This document shows, piece after piece, positions 26,701 through 39,000 of a stretch of 64,000 nucleotides of DNA. Every line of letters starts with the position of its first letter. The first letter of the stretch is position 1. This stretch comes from Tubulanus polymorphus (lineage: Eukaryota > Animalia > Nemertea). Made by a program: the position numbers and the translations under genes. The notes under the pieces are model-generated. The model saw only the letters and a list, made by a program, of their open reading frames with translations, was not told where the DNA came from and did no database searches. The DNA lies in contig NC_134030.1 of assembly GCF_964204645.1 (NCBI RefSeq), forward strand, positions 18,436,210 through 18,500,209, in the 5' to 3' direction.

Positions 26701-28937
26701 AGCACTGTCGTGGAAAATAGCGAAACAGGTAGGAGTAAGAGTTAAAATACTGGCCGCTAGGGGGAACTAGTACCTATCTACTAACAGTTAAAAGTTGCGG
26801 TTGTTGAACTACCATAAAAGCGTAAAACACAAATTTTAGCATCATTTTTCATCATCAGATATAAAACAAGGACTGTTTTAATATGACTATTTCTATTTCA
26901 ATCACCACATGTCATAATAAACTTTTTTTCAACTGGCCCGAACGTCCTAGTGATGTCACAGCCTTTACGGCTCTGTTCAGGTCCCTATAATCGAACTAAT
27001 AGTGGTAGAATTGTCAACTGTTAGACGTGAGGTTTCGAAGCCTGAATTTATTTTTCATTTTTCCTTTCAGACAAAGCAAATACTGATCCACCAAAGGTGA
27101 GTATCTAGTTATTTTATTGTATAGATAGTCGAGCTGGATGTCAATTTATTCAGTTGTTTGTCTTTATTTTGCATAACATGCATTTCAAGTTTATATTGTA
27201 TACTGCGCATTGTATACAGACTTCATTGTCAATGACAATGCGATATTTACCATAAAAGCAATTTGAAATTTAATTTCAATTCATTTGTTTTTATTTTGCA
27301 TTACATGTATTACAAGTTTAGTATAAAATCTTACTTTGGGAGATATCCGTGAAATATCAAACTTCATTATCCTATCACTTTTAAGCTTTCAAGCCTCCAA
27401 TACCGACCAGAATGGCCTAAAATTGTCTTCAATTCCTACCGTTTTCCGAAGGAGGTCCCCAAATCCCCTGTCAATGGCTACCGCATTCGTGAGGCATGGA
27501 TACAGTTCTCTGGCAGTGGTTGCCTCCACAAAAATCCCCGTCGCTCTACGATCTTGGTCTAACATCAGACACTCGGTGAAGGATAACGCAGCCCGTAATA
27601 TTGAGTGCCCTTATGCGATTTGGAACACTCTTGATCCACGTCTAAACCTGTCGTGATTTAAACACAGTACATAAGCTATTTTCATATAGGATACCACGTT
27701 TTAAATCATTACGGGTTGAATATTGTTGATGATCGCAGTAACAAATATGCGATTAAATGATCGTTCGTGATAGTAATTTAATCATTGTTATATCTTTCAG
27801 ACGACATCGGACCCCAATCACTGGATTGTTATCGGCCTCATATTCTCATACATCGTCGGTGGAGCGGCTGGATACTTTTTGATCGTTGCTATCGCTGTTA
27901 TTACTATTCGCAGGTATGAACTCGACATACCCTCCCCCACCCCCACCTCCCGGTATGAACTCGACATACCCCCCCCCCCCCCGTGTTGATAGGAAAAACC
28001 CACAGTTGTTATACTTTGACGGTTTCGAAGTGTTGACTAAACTTCAGCTAGATCTTAGTCGATCTCCTTCTATCGCCATCGATATATATTTAAATACAAC
28101 ATCGAATTCGTTGTAAGTTAAGGAGAAAAGTCAGTAAGTCTGGATGATGATAAAAATCAAACCGACCGGTGGGTTAATTTAAACAGTTAACGATGTTTAC
28201 TTTTAAAAATAAATGCCGGGATCACGAGATCGGGACTCGAACCTACTGTGCAAAACCAGTTTTTGCGATGAGAGTCTTAGGTGTCTGTGTCAAGACTTTT
28301 ACGAAAATCAGAGCTTAAAAGAGAGCACTCAACGTAATACCATTTGTCATTAAAATGTTTGGTTGTACGTTTGGCACCAATTGTGGAATAGTGCAAAATC
28401 GGTACTAGATTTCTGTTATTTTGCAGTTCACAACCTTTTCGAAATACGTTGAAATTAACTGTAAAAAATGCTGCATAAATTACACATTTCAGATGCAGAC
28501 GACGTTCGTCCGGTGAAGGTCATGTGGATACTTCAACACAACCGCAACAGCTTGAAACCGGTGAAGGTCATGTGGACACTTCAACAGCACAGCAACAGCT
28601 TGAAACAACAAATGACGAGTTGAACATCTACGAAGACCCGGACGACAGAATTCCCGAGAATGTTTCAAAAAGAAAACTTTTGAGAAATACTGGATTACAA
28701 CAAAGTCATAAAGCCATGAGAGCCGAAAAGGAGAACGATACAACTCCTCACATGGCTATGGAAGCCGGTAAGGGCAAAGATACAACTCCTTATATGGATA
28801 TGGGACCTGGGATAGAAGAGGACACATACATGAGCACTGAAGGCCCGATAGACGTGACAACTCCTAGCGCCCGTGGAGATACAGACACAGATCAATACAT
28901 GAATCCTGAAGCTTTGAAGAAGACGACGTATCCTTAG
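17708..28937 (+). CDS. Type I Ig-superfamily receptor, copy 1 (SP, Ig, Ig-like, FN3-like, TM, Tyr-motif tail)
   Basis: Exons 17708-17804 (signal peptide), 25170-25280, 25715-26029 (Ig with C...W...C), 26119-26331, 26408-26728, 27071-27096, 27801-27913 (TM WIVIGLIFSYIVGGAAGYFLIVAIAVITIRR) and 28493-28937 are phase-compatible. Tail contains IYEDP, YMDM, YMST and YMNP. Confidence 0.8.
18470..18505 (-). ncRNA. Minimal hammerhead ribozyme core (Penelope type)
   Basis: Minus strand reads CTGATGA-T-GGCTGTT-TATC-AACAGCC-GAAAC-GTT: conserved core plus a perfect 7-bp stem II. Confidence 0.6.
18904..19218 (+). repeat. 5' LTR
   Basis: Direct repeat of 24150-24464; contains tatataaa and aataaa. Confidence 0.97.
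19399..21048 (+). CDS. gag: Gag (capsid/SCAN-like region, CCHC knuckle) + aspartic protease
   Basis: CNYCKKSGHTLSTC zinc knuckle; LRDTGA and LLGND protease motifs. First plausible ATG at 19399 (ORF track opens at 19273). Confidence 0.9.
   Translation: MLPSVESFIDSPSSEQIETLRKSELVQLAEHYNVSFRKSQKKEHIKLCIIEHCVKSGLLSDVEMQQAIPEKTENEAGETEATLIRRMELEFEAKERERERKHQLEIKRLESEHQLRFLELESRAPQGFPAHRNEFDVTRHIRLVPKFQEAEIDKYFLHFEKVANNLKWPRECWTLLLQSVLIGKAQEAYSSLYAEESADYDIVKTAILKAYELVPEAYRQKFRNRKKSPNETYVEFAREKETLFSRWCDSKDVKDYDSLKQLLLVEEFKQCINSDIRTYVDEQKIDSLSKAASSADDYALTHKISFESSSASNFPASDSRNVSKFQRNFNNHSNTQNWTQSRRNKGIWCNYCKKSGHTLSTCFSLQKKNERGENQRSETKPIGLTATQRIKSNPAVQPLYSKSYNPFIVDALLSFESTDEPVSIKLLRDTGASQTLMLESLLPLSGSTFIGEHVLIRGVGSEIIKVPLHRVYLDSDLVRGSVVVGVQSSLPILGVSMLLGNDLAGGRVHINPLVTTDPLLNVDTESLEKTYPGIFPSCVTTRAMSRCAD
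21052..23988 (+). CDS. pol: Pol: integrase, reverse transcriptase, RNase H
   Basis: HHCC (AHET..GHLG..CASCRPC), IN DCVGP/SDQG/ERFH, GPY/F, RT YLDD, RNase H DAS...E...TDH. Same frame as gag-pro, separated by one TAG. Confidence 0.95.
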   Translation: MGSKPCLENKEFSNEMVDSFLGRIFDETSTGFISPNKDVSSRSNLIDLQNVEPEFKTFLNSASDSIESLTGTPSGYYFQSGVLMRKWRPPDIPASNEWKVYHQIVVPTPYRNDILSLAHETSLAGHLGVTKTYNKVLNHFFWPGLKRDVQNFCASCRPCQVSGKPNQIIPPAPLIPIPAFGEPFAEVIYDCVGPLPKTKSGFQYLLTIMCKATRFAEAIPLRNITAPLICKALVKFFTLFGLPTSVQSDQGSNFVSNIFQQVMYQLGIKQNISSAYHPESQGALERFHQTLKTMLRTYSTQHEKDWDEAVPFLLFAMREAVQESQGFSPFELVFGHQVRGPLKLIKERWLDKTDEINLLTYISNFKERLYSAWECARMHLKQAQGRMKTWYDKKARNREFKKDDKVLVLFPLKGHPFKAKFHGPYVVQEKVNDVNYIVSTPDRRKATQLCHVNMLKRYIDRPQSVGMISIAENNSNEICISNYIEDPLHLESDFDSSKLVPIAPGFNNSKAINNIDEKVCHLGSKEKDQLLQLINDNKHLFTDQPGLTSWASHDVDVGDATPIKQHHYRVNPQKGEIMKQEVISMIKMAVAEPSESEWSSPCLLVPKPGGKWRFVTDFRKVNAVTKSDSYPMPRVDDLIDRIGRAKYVSKFDLTKGYWQVPLSERAKEISAFVTPDGLFQYRVMPFGMKNSAPTFQRLMNKVVRGLVCVVVYLDDIIVFSDTWEEHLQQIKDLFHNLTEANLTVNLEKSEFGKATVKYLGHIVGQGQVRPIDAKVKAIIEYSPPSNKRDIMRFLGMAGYYRKFCKNFAQVTVPLTELLKKDAKFDWSETCEKSFQSVKHLLMSTPILAAPNFDKQFKLTVDASDSGAGAVLAQDDDDGLEHPLCFFSKKFVAAQKNYSTIEKECLSIILALEHFDVYTRMKIFPVVIFTDHNPLTFLYKMQNKNKRLMAWSVILQSYDLDIRHIKGRCNVVSDALSRS
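24150..24464 (+). repeat. 3' LTR
   Basis: Direct repeat of 18904-19218. Confidence 0.97.
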
Positions 28938-30270
28938 TTGGTGGAAGATACCGATGAACCTGTGGAAGATGATAATTAACTTTATTCGTATGCTTCTGTG
29001 CAATATACAACTCCATATATGGATATGAAAGCCGGGAAGGGCAAAGATACAACTCCTTAATAGATATGGAAGAATTGTACTCAAACCGTAAATAGAAAAT
29101 GTTAATCTGCACAGATTTAACCTTTTAAATTGTTAGATTTAATTGTGCGAAGACAAATAGTAATGTGTGGGTTTTTATTCAAATAGATTTTATTTGCTGT
29201 TTTTGTTTTTTGTAAATATAACGAGCTTTCGGGCGAAATCTCGTAATGATTATTGAGTTAATTAGGAATAGATAAGATGGGATTCTCAACTTTAGGATGG
29301 TTTGTAAATAGGTTTAATTGTATTAGGTATATAAACCTAGTGCTGGGAAAACGCCCATAACATCGCAATCGGCACTAAACTATGTATAAGGATTATTTTG
29401 AATTGATCAGGATTCTTAACTTAATAGGTCTTAAACCTCTAAAATTGTTTTACTTTAATGAGTAAGCGCGAAGACAAATAGTAATATGTAGGTTAATTAG
29501 ATTTTTTTGTACAAGCTTAAGTCATTTATAGCAAATATCTAGATTCTTTTTTGTAAGTACGCGTGAGATTTTTAGAGAAAAGGGAGTTATGGGATAAGGA
29601 TTGTTTTGAAGAGATCAGATACGATTCGTAATTTTAGGACAGTTTGTGAATAGATTTGTAATAGGAATATAACCTCTAGTGCTGGAACAACACCGTGAAC
29701 ATCACAATCGACACAACGACGAAGATGAAGCTGATAAATTATTAGCACAATGACCTTACCGATAGAAATACATTTTAGAAATATATAAATAACCAAGGAT
29801 TTAGTTAAGGTCCGACGTTTTAAATATAGGCGATATTTGTAAAGAGATCGGTATTTTTACTTCACGCTCCGAGTGAAAGACTAAATAAAAGAATATTCTA
29901 TAACTATATTCTGCAGCTTTGTTTGAATTATTTCGGAATTAAAGATTTTTTGAGCGGCGTTTTGTTAGTTAACATATTACAATAATTCCTTTTGGTGAAT
30001 AATGGATTGATTTTTAGTAGAGACCCACAGTTTAAAGAGCGAAGATCGATTAATACCAGTTAGACATGATACTGTGTCCAGAGTCCGATGGCCAGCCCAC
30101 AGACGAATTAGACGTTTTTTCTTGGTGAAAAACTTTTGCGATGTGTTTTGTTTTGCCGTGTCTGTTGGAGTCAGAAAACAAAACGCCGAACAGAAAAACG
30201 TGTTTTCCGAAACTTCACCGCTTCTTTTGGGAACAACATTTTTTGTCGTCGAAAACGTAATTTTCCAATA

Positions 30271-30430
30271 CCCAGTGAAGTTCATTACTTGTTCCTTATT
30301 CCTTATTCCGTTAATTATTGAGAATTCATCTCCCAATAAGGAACAACAAGTTACTTGTTCCTTGTTCCTTATTGGGAGATGAATTCTCATTAAGTAACGG
30401 AATAAGGAACAAGTAATGAACTTCACTGGG
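30271..30430. mobile_element. Palindromic MITE (duplicated at ~37407-37570)
   Basis: cccagtgaagttcattacttgttccttattcc ... ggaataaggaacaagtaatgaacttcactggg; nearly the whole element folds back. Confidence 0.75.
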
Positions 30431-30457
30431 GGTATTTTCTAAATGAAAATGAACTTT

Positions 30458-30720
30458 TCAAACTACGATGGATGTACTGGGGTTGATAATGAAATAAAGG
30501 CATAATAAAGCATTTTTGTCATTTATGAAGGTTTCACAGATCATGATGATATCTAGAACTATTATTTGCTTCGCTAAATTATCGATTATTAATTTCAGTT
30601 CTTGTAATTTACACGTAAGACTATGAATATTGACTTGTAGGACAGTCAAGTTTGATGGATTAATCTTAAACTTGCTACCAAGTTTATTAAGTTCAACATA
30701 GGGACATCGTTCATTATCAA
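30458..30720 (-). mobile_element. LINE ORF2 AP-endonuclease 5' fragment (duplicated at ~37596-37860)
   Basis: VLQVNIHSL..KL.EL......DIIMICETF matches the N-terminus of LINE APE domains. Confidence 0.7.
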
Positions 30721-31084
30721 ATGACTGTTAATCATCTATTATACTTTTTAAGTATAAATCTTGATCATTCGCATGACCAACAAATTTGTTTTTTAAATCT
30801 GCATTACCGAGACACATAATACAGGAGAAAAATGACACGGTGTCAACTACTTGCAGCATAATAGCACCAGAGTGTCTCCGAGACAACAATAGCTAAACTT
30901 AGCTAACAATATATAATGAGTAATTAATTCCTTTCTGCGGAAGATTTGTTTCCGTTAAAGCTTTCCTTAAATGATGGCGCACTTTACACTTAACATATCA
31001 AAAAGGAAAATCGCAAAAATCGTGTGATATAAAATATCTGACTATTTGAAGTTGAATTGTTACAATATTAGTGATATACATTAG

Positions 31085-31187
<103 letters not shown>

Positions 31188-31284
31188 GGTGTATATATAT
31201 GTATCTATATATGTATAAAACTTCCTCAATCAGAGCGATTGATTATTTTAGATGTGAACCAGAACCAATCCTTTCGATATCACG

Positions 31285-34200
31285 ATGACGAGGACAAGTT
31301 TGTTCTTAATAACCTGCGCGGTTTTATTTCTACTGGGGAATTTATACATTACAGAAACATCTGGAGCTATAAGTAAGTAACTGCGGCTGTCATTACTCGT
31401 CTTAGTAATTATGTTTCTATCGGATTTGCGATCCGTTGAGGGGTCCCCTTTTTCCCACCCCTGTCAGGTAACCGATGTACCCTCCCAAAGGCTAATATTA
31501 TCTTTAAGCGATTAGGGGAGTTCAGTATCACAGGTCACTAAAATCTTGCCTTTTCTAATTTGCTATCTTGATAAAACGTTCAACTCTTTTTTGGTGTGGA
31601 TTTTGGGATGTTATTGTTCGGGTTTGTCTTTTCGGAGTGCAACACCGTAAATTCTCACGCTCGACGTTTCGTTAAAACCGCCACATTCCTTCCGCCGCAG
31701 TCCCGTAGCTGGTGTTATAACGAGCTTTGGACTGAAGTGCGGTCGTGTTTGAAATATCACCATTTCGTTACATTTTGCTTCGTATTTCGTTCTGTACTTT
31801 AGCGGGACCCTAAATCACGATGTTAATACGGCTTTCTGTAAAATATAAACCAACCGAACGTAGAGAAAAACATGAAAAAATATCTTAACCTCTCCAAAAA
31901 ACACGTCATTTTAATGGACGACACCGTCCCTGGTATGCGACTAAACCAATAAATGTGAAAAGGAAGTTCCACGAGTCTCACGTATCAGATATGAATAACA
32001 TCAGCTGATATTGTCAAACCGATATTAAGCTGTAAACATTATTCTCTCACAGTAGAGGCCAGCTTGTCTTACAGACGTCTTTTCATAAACGAGTGTTTTT
32101 AACTCCTTACGTGCTAACTTTCTTAATTTCAGATCGTGCTAACTTAATTTTAAAAAAAAAGAATTTTCAAAAAATAACGGGTTCTCATACTTCTAGAGGG
32201 TCTAATACCCTTCCTCAAATAGGATAGATTCCGATGGTTTCTGATGATCTAGTAATTCTAAGGCGTCCACAATTTAGAATAATGTTGTTTAATTTTCCAA
32301 TCTCAATCGACTAGAAATCAGAGATCATTAGTTTCAAATTCTAAGGAGAGCGTCGCGTTTTCTAATAATCGATTTTTATGGACTTTTTCTGAAAAACTGT
32401 TTTTTATATTTAGTTGTGAAACCACCGCGAATGAAGTCCAGATATCTGACGTCACGGCTCCACAATGCCCTCGTTATCCCGGAGATCATCGAAGAAGAGA
32501 TACACATTACTAGACGGAGCGAAGGTAGAGAGACAGAGAGATGAGTTTAAACACAATCTGCCCGATCATTTAATGTTTGGGGCCCAAACATAGCGTGGAT
32601 ACTAAATTTCTTTGTGTGGTGAATTACCGCTCTGTTTATACCCCTGGGGGTGGTATTAACTTAAACCCGGGAGACTTACTCAATTAATATTCAGTTAAAA
32701 TTAGGTTAAAATTCCCTATCGTTATTATAACATAAGGCGGACGTTGCATCCGATTTATTGTCTCCTCGTTTTTGTGGAACTCTTCGGAAAATTGATTGGA
32801 ACTAACGTGATTTTTGTAACCATGATGCAGTTTTACTATGAGCCATTTTTTCATACAAATTTAAAGATTTTTATCATCATTACTTAAGTTGAAATATAAA
32901 ACCAGTAACTGAATGATTAATAGAAGCAGAATATGTTTATTTACAGACGGTTTTCCAATGATAGTTGATGCAGCGGGGAATGATTTAATGAATAATGAGG
33001 TGAAATTGAATGAAGGAGAATCAAAAACTTACGAGTGTAAATACGATAAAGGGAGAATATACTGGGAATATCTATTAGAAAAAAATGATTTGTGGAAACA
33101 TTATTCATCCGAGAAACGATTAACAATCCGTGGCGATATGACACTCAATAAATCACAGTTCAGATGTTTCTCCATTAACGGAAATATCGCGAATACGTCA
33201 GCAAATGTTTTACAAGTAACAGTTATTCCCAAACCTAAAACTACACCGGCTAACCCTACTGGTAAGTGTAAAAAGCGGGAGAGCAGTTTATAGATCCCCC
33301 TATGACGTCATTAACACAATCAAGCATGTTTAAGTGTATAATTTTTCTAGGTGCGGCTCGGAGCTGGAGTCGAGTAAACGACACGACAGTTCATATGATA
33401 TACAATTACGATGTGAAAACAACTGTCACGTGTAAATGTGGTAACGATGACGCAATACATGCTACTAGATTAACCGGAAACACGTGGTCTATTCAGATCC
33501 CCGATAAAACCTGCACGTATAAATGCACTGATGACTTTAATATAGACATCGAAAACAAAGGTTTGTACATGATTATTATTCTGAATATATAGTTCTCGAT
33601 TGGCCGCTAGGAGTGCTGATTTGTTTATGTTTTCAGATGATACTGGTCGATATTTCAAGAACTGGCGAGTTGAAGGTCAGGTGGTGAAATGGACCGCGCA
33701 ACAACCTGGAATCGTGTTCACTGTTGCCCATCGTTGTAAAGCTAACAATCGATTCATCAGCGACGGAAATGTCACGAGCGAAGCTTTTAACGATCAAATG
33801 AGTTTAAATTTGACGTTTCCGACGAATATGGCGGGAAAAGTGGCAGTTATTTTGAAATTCACGTGGAAACATGGCGCAACAACCCGCAGCATGGAAAGAG
33901 AGTTTACCTTTAAAATCGGTAAAGATGGCAGCACTGTCGTGGAAAATAGCGAAACAGGTAGGAGTAAGAGTTAGAATACTGGCCGCTAGGGGGAACTAGT
34001 ACCTATCTACTAACAGTTAAAAGTTGCGGTAGTTGAACAACCATAAAAGCGTAAAACACAAAATTAGCATCATTTTTCATCATCAGGTATAAAACAAAGA
34101 CTGCTTTGATATGACTGTTTCTATTTCAATCACCACATGTCATAATAAACATTTTTTCAAGGGGCCTGAACGTCCTAGTGATTGCACAGTCTTTACGGCT

Positions 34201-36069
34201 CTGTTCAGGTCCCTATAACCGAACTAATAGTTATCAACAACGCATAATGATAAAATTGTCAACTGTTAGACGTGAGGTTCAGAGATCGAAGCCTGAATTT
34301 CTTTTTCATTTTTCCTTTCAGACAAAGCAAATACTGATCCACCAAAGGTGAATATCTAGTTGTTTTATTGTATAGATAGTCGAGTTGGATGTCAATTTAT
34401 TTAGTTGTTTGTTTTTAATTTGCATTACATGCATTTCAAGTTTATATTATATACTGCGCATTGTATACAGACTTTCTTGTCAATGACAATGCTATATTTA
34501 CCATAAAAGCAATTTGAAATTTAATTTCAATTCATGTGTTTTTATTTTGCATAACATGTATTACAAGTTAAGTATAGCATCTTACTTTGGGGAGATATCC
34601 GTGAAATATTAAACTTCATCATTTTATCACTTGAAAACAAGTCCCTTTCTTCTCAGTCTTTGGTTAGAATTTTACAACAATGTCCAGTGCTTTTAAGCTT
34701 TCAAGCCTCCAAAATCGACCAGAATGGCCCAAATCTTTAATCGTTACCATTTGGCGGGGAAGGTCCCCACACCCCCTCAATAGCTATCGCGCTCGTGAGG
34801 CATGGAGCTCCCTCGAGATAGGACCCTCGATCCACGCCTGAACCCGTAGCGATTTTAAACGCAGTTAGGTATTAATCATTTCATCATTATTATATCTTTC
34901 AGACTACATCAGACCCCAATCACTGGACCATTACAGTACTCTACATCACGAATGGAGCGACTGGATTCATTTTGATCGTTCTCATCGCAGTATTCACTAT
35001 TCGCAGGTACGAACTCGACATAACCTACCCCCACCTCCCGGTATGAACTCGACATACCCCCCCCCCCCCCGTGTTAATAGGAAAAACCCACAGTTGTTAT
35101 ACTTTGACGGTTTCGAAGTTTTGACTAAACTTCAGCTAGATCTAAGTCAATCTCCTTCTATCGCCATCGATATATATTAAAAACAACATCGAATTCGTTG
35201 TAAGTTGAAGATGAAAAAATTAAACATGTTATAATACAGAGTGCCAGATCAGTGAGTTTGCTGCCAGTAAGTCTGGATGATGATAAAAATCAAACCGACC
35301 GGTGGGTTAATTTAAACAGTTAACGATGTTTACTTTTAAAAATAAATGCCGGGATCGCGAGATCGGGACTCGAACCTACTGTGCACAACCAGTTTTGCGA
35401 AGAGAGTCTTATGTGTCTGTGTCAAGACTTTAATGAAAATCAGAGCTTAAAAGAGAGCACTCAACGTAATACCATTTGTCCTTAAAATTTTTGGTTGTAC
35501 GTTTAGCACCAATTGTGGAATAGTGCAAAATCGGTACTAGATTTCTGTTATTTTGCAGTTCACAACCTTTTCGAAATACGTTGAAATTAACTGTAAAAAA
35601 TTCTGCATAAATTACACATTTCAGATGCAGACGACGTTCGTCCGGTGAAGGTCATGTGGATACTTCAACACAACCGCAACAGCTTGAAACCGGTGAAGGT
35701 CATGTGGACACTTCAACAGCACAGCAACAGCTTGAAACAACAAATGACGAGTTGAACATCTACGAAGACCCGGACGACAGAAATCCCGAGAATGTTTCAA
35801 AAAGAAAACTTTTGAGAAATACTGGATTACAACAAAGTCATAAAGCCATGAGAGCCGAGAAGGAGAACGATACAACTCCTCACATGGCTATGGAAGCCGG
35901 TAAGGGCAAAGATACAACTCCTTATATGGATATGGGACCTGGGATAGAAGAGGACACATACATGAGCACTGAAGGCCCGATAGACGTGACAACTCCTAGC
36001 GCCCGTGGAGATACAGACACAGATCAATACATGAATCCTGAAGCTTTGAAGAAGACGACGTATCCTTAG
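31285..36069 (+). CDS. Type I Ig-superfamily receptor, copy 2
   Basis: Exons 31285-31372, 32414-32524, 32947-33261, 33351-33560, 33637-33957, 34322-34347, 34903-35006 (TM WTITVLYITNGATGFILIVLIAVFTIRR) and 35625-36069; same phases as copy 1, open frame. Confidence 0.8.
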
Positions 36070-39000
36070 TTGGTGGAAGATACCGATGAACCTGTGGAAG
36101 ATGATAATTAACTTTATTCGTATGCTTCTGTGCAATATACAACTCCATATATGGATATGAAAGCCGCGAAGGGCAAAGACACAAATCCTTAATAGATATG
36201 GAAGAATTGTATTCAAACCGTAAATAGAAAATGTTAATCTGCACAGATTTAACCTTTTAAATTGTTAGTTTAATGAGTAAGTTTGTTTTTTGTAAGTATT
36301 ACGAGCTTTCGGGCGAAATCTCGTAATGATTATTGAGTTAATTAGGAATAGATAAGATAGGATTCTCAACTTTAGGATGGTTTGTAAATAGGTTTAATTG
36401 TATTAGGTATATAAACCTAGTGCTGGGAAAACGCCCATAACATCGCAATCGGCACTAAACTATGTATAAGGATTATTTTGAATTGATCAGGATTCTTAAC
36501 TTAATAGGTCTTAAACCTCTAAAATTGTTTTACTTTAATGAGTAAGCGCGAAGACAAATAGTAATATGTAGGTTAATTAGATTTTTTTGTACAAGCTTAA
36601 GTCATTTATAGCAAATAACTAGATTCTTTTTTGTAAGTAATCGTGGGATTTTTAGAGAAAAGGGAGTTATGAGATAAGGATTGTTTTGAAGAGATCAGAT
36701 AGGATTCGTAATTTTAGGACAGTTTGTAAATAGATTTGTCATAGGAATATAACCTCTAGTGAGGGAACAACACCGTGAACATCACAATCGACACAACGAC
36801 GAAGATGAAGCTGATAAATTATTGAATTATTGATTCTCAACTTGTAGCAAACACGTAACACCTTTTAGAATGTTCGGACTACAATTATATGATGTTCACA
36901 GGAGCAGCACAATGACCTAACGAATAGAAATACATTTTAGAAATATATGATTAACTAAGGATTTAGTTTAGGTCCGACGTTTTAAATATAGGCGATATTT
37001 GTAAAGAGATCGGTATTTTTACTTCACGCTCCGAGCGAAAGACTAAATAAAAGAATATTCTATAACTATATTCTGCAGCTTTGTTTGTATTATTTCAGAA
37101 TTAAAGATATTTTCAGCGATGTTTTGTAAGTTAACATATTACAATAACTCTTTTTGGTGAATAATGGATTGATTTTTAGTACTAGAGACCCACAGTTTAA
37201 AGAGCGATGATCTTAGTATGGTGCGGCCAGCCCACAGACGAATTAGACGTTTTTTCTTGGTGAAAAACTTTTGCGATGTGTTTTGTTTTGCCGTGTCTGT
37301 TGGAGTCAGAAAACAAAACGCCGAACAGAAAAACGTGTTTTCCGAAACTTCACCGCTTCTTTTGGGAACAACATTTTTTGTCGTCGAAAACGTAATTTTC
37401 CAAACCCCAGTGAAGTTCATTACTTGTTCCTTATTCCTTATTACGTTAATTATTGAGAATTCATCTCCCAATAAGGAACAAGTAACAAGTAACTTGTTCC
37501 TTGTTCCTTATTGGGAGATGAATTCTCATTAAGTACCGGAATGAGGAACAAGTAATGAACTTCACTAGGGTATTTTCTAAATGAAAATGAACTTTTCAAA
37601 CTACGATGGATGTACTGGTATTGATAATGATATAAAGGCATAATAAAGCATTTTTGTCATTTATGAAGGTTTCACAGATCATGATGATATCTAGAACTAT
37701 TATTTGCTTCACTAGATTATCGATTATTAATTTCAGTTCTTGTAATTTACACGTAAGACTATGAATATTGATTTGTAGGACTGTCAAATTTGATGGATTA
37801 ATCTTAAATTTGCTACCAAGTTCATTAAGTTCATCATAGGGACATCGTTCATTATCAAATGACTGTTAATCATCTATTATACTATTCAAGTATAAATCTT
37901 GATCATTCGCATGACAAACAAATTTGTTTTTTAAATCTGCATTACCAAGACACATAATACAGGAGAAAAATGACACGGTGTCAACTACTTGCAGCATAAT
38001 AGTACCAGAGTGTCTCCGAGACAACAAATAGCTAACTTAGCTAACAATATATATGAAATATCAAAAGGCTATTTGAAGTTAAATCTGGAAACTCTGCAGA
38101 CAGACATCAATCAATTGTCGCGTTGGTAGAATTTTAGTACTTTTAAAGTCACATTTAGGCTTAAAGCTACAAATACATCGAAAAAGCCAGTATATAAATA
38201 CAATCATTGGAATCATCAGAGCCTAAGCTTTCATTTCATTGCAACTTTACAGAATTCAACCGATTACTGACCAAGATATTTGTTTTTTTATCTCAGGGTT
38301 GAATCATGACTCATCAATTTAGGGTCATATTGTAGCAAATGCCGACCGGTTTTTAGGACGTTCGTTAGACGAACGTCCTTATGTGATCGGTTTGCCGGTT
38401 GATGACGCACTTCCGATTTGGTTGACAGACGTTTAAGGTCGTTTTAAAGCCAGTTAGTTAGAGATTTCCTCAAATTCCGCATCAGAAATGGTGTCTTCAA
38501 GTTGGGATTGAATTTGGTTAAGAATAGTTGGTTAGTTTTTGCTGTGCCCTCTTGAAAAAATGCTCTTCACGCCGTTTATGTGACATCACACATCACGTGT
38601 TGCTTATGACGTAGTGATCGACAGAAGTGCCATTTTTAAAATCGTTGTATCGTGGATGTTAACTTTAGAGGACCGTACGAAGTCTCTTTGAAGGTGAGTG
38701 TCAACATATAGGCCCTATGGTGACCTAACTTAATTCCTTGTGAGCGCACAGAGGCCCTGTGAGAATTTAGAGACGTTCGCAGCATTGAAAATTACGCAAT
38801 GGTCCGCTCGACACGCACACACATGCTGTCAGTTTGACCTACGTGACTAAATACAGCCGCCATGAATGAATCAGAAGCAATCCACTTCAAATTTTATGTG
38901 AATATCATAATTATTATTTATCCGATATACACCAATAAACCTTTAAGAGAAAGGTATTTGGCGTCGGATTCTGTACCGAAAATCCCGGATTGTTACACTG

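Noticed and set aside
29977-30426. ORFs of 100-150 aa on both strands (and 37139-37532)
   Set aside because: They overlap a palindromic MITE and repeat sequence, show no domain motifs, and their ends differ between the duplicates.
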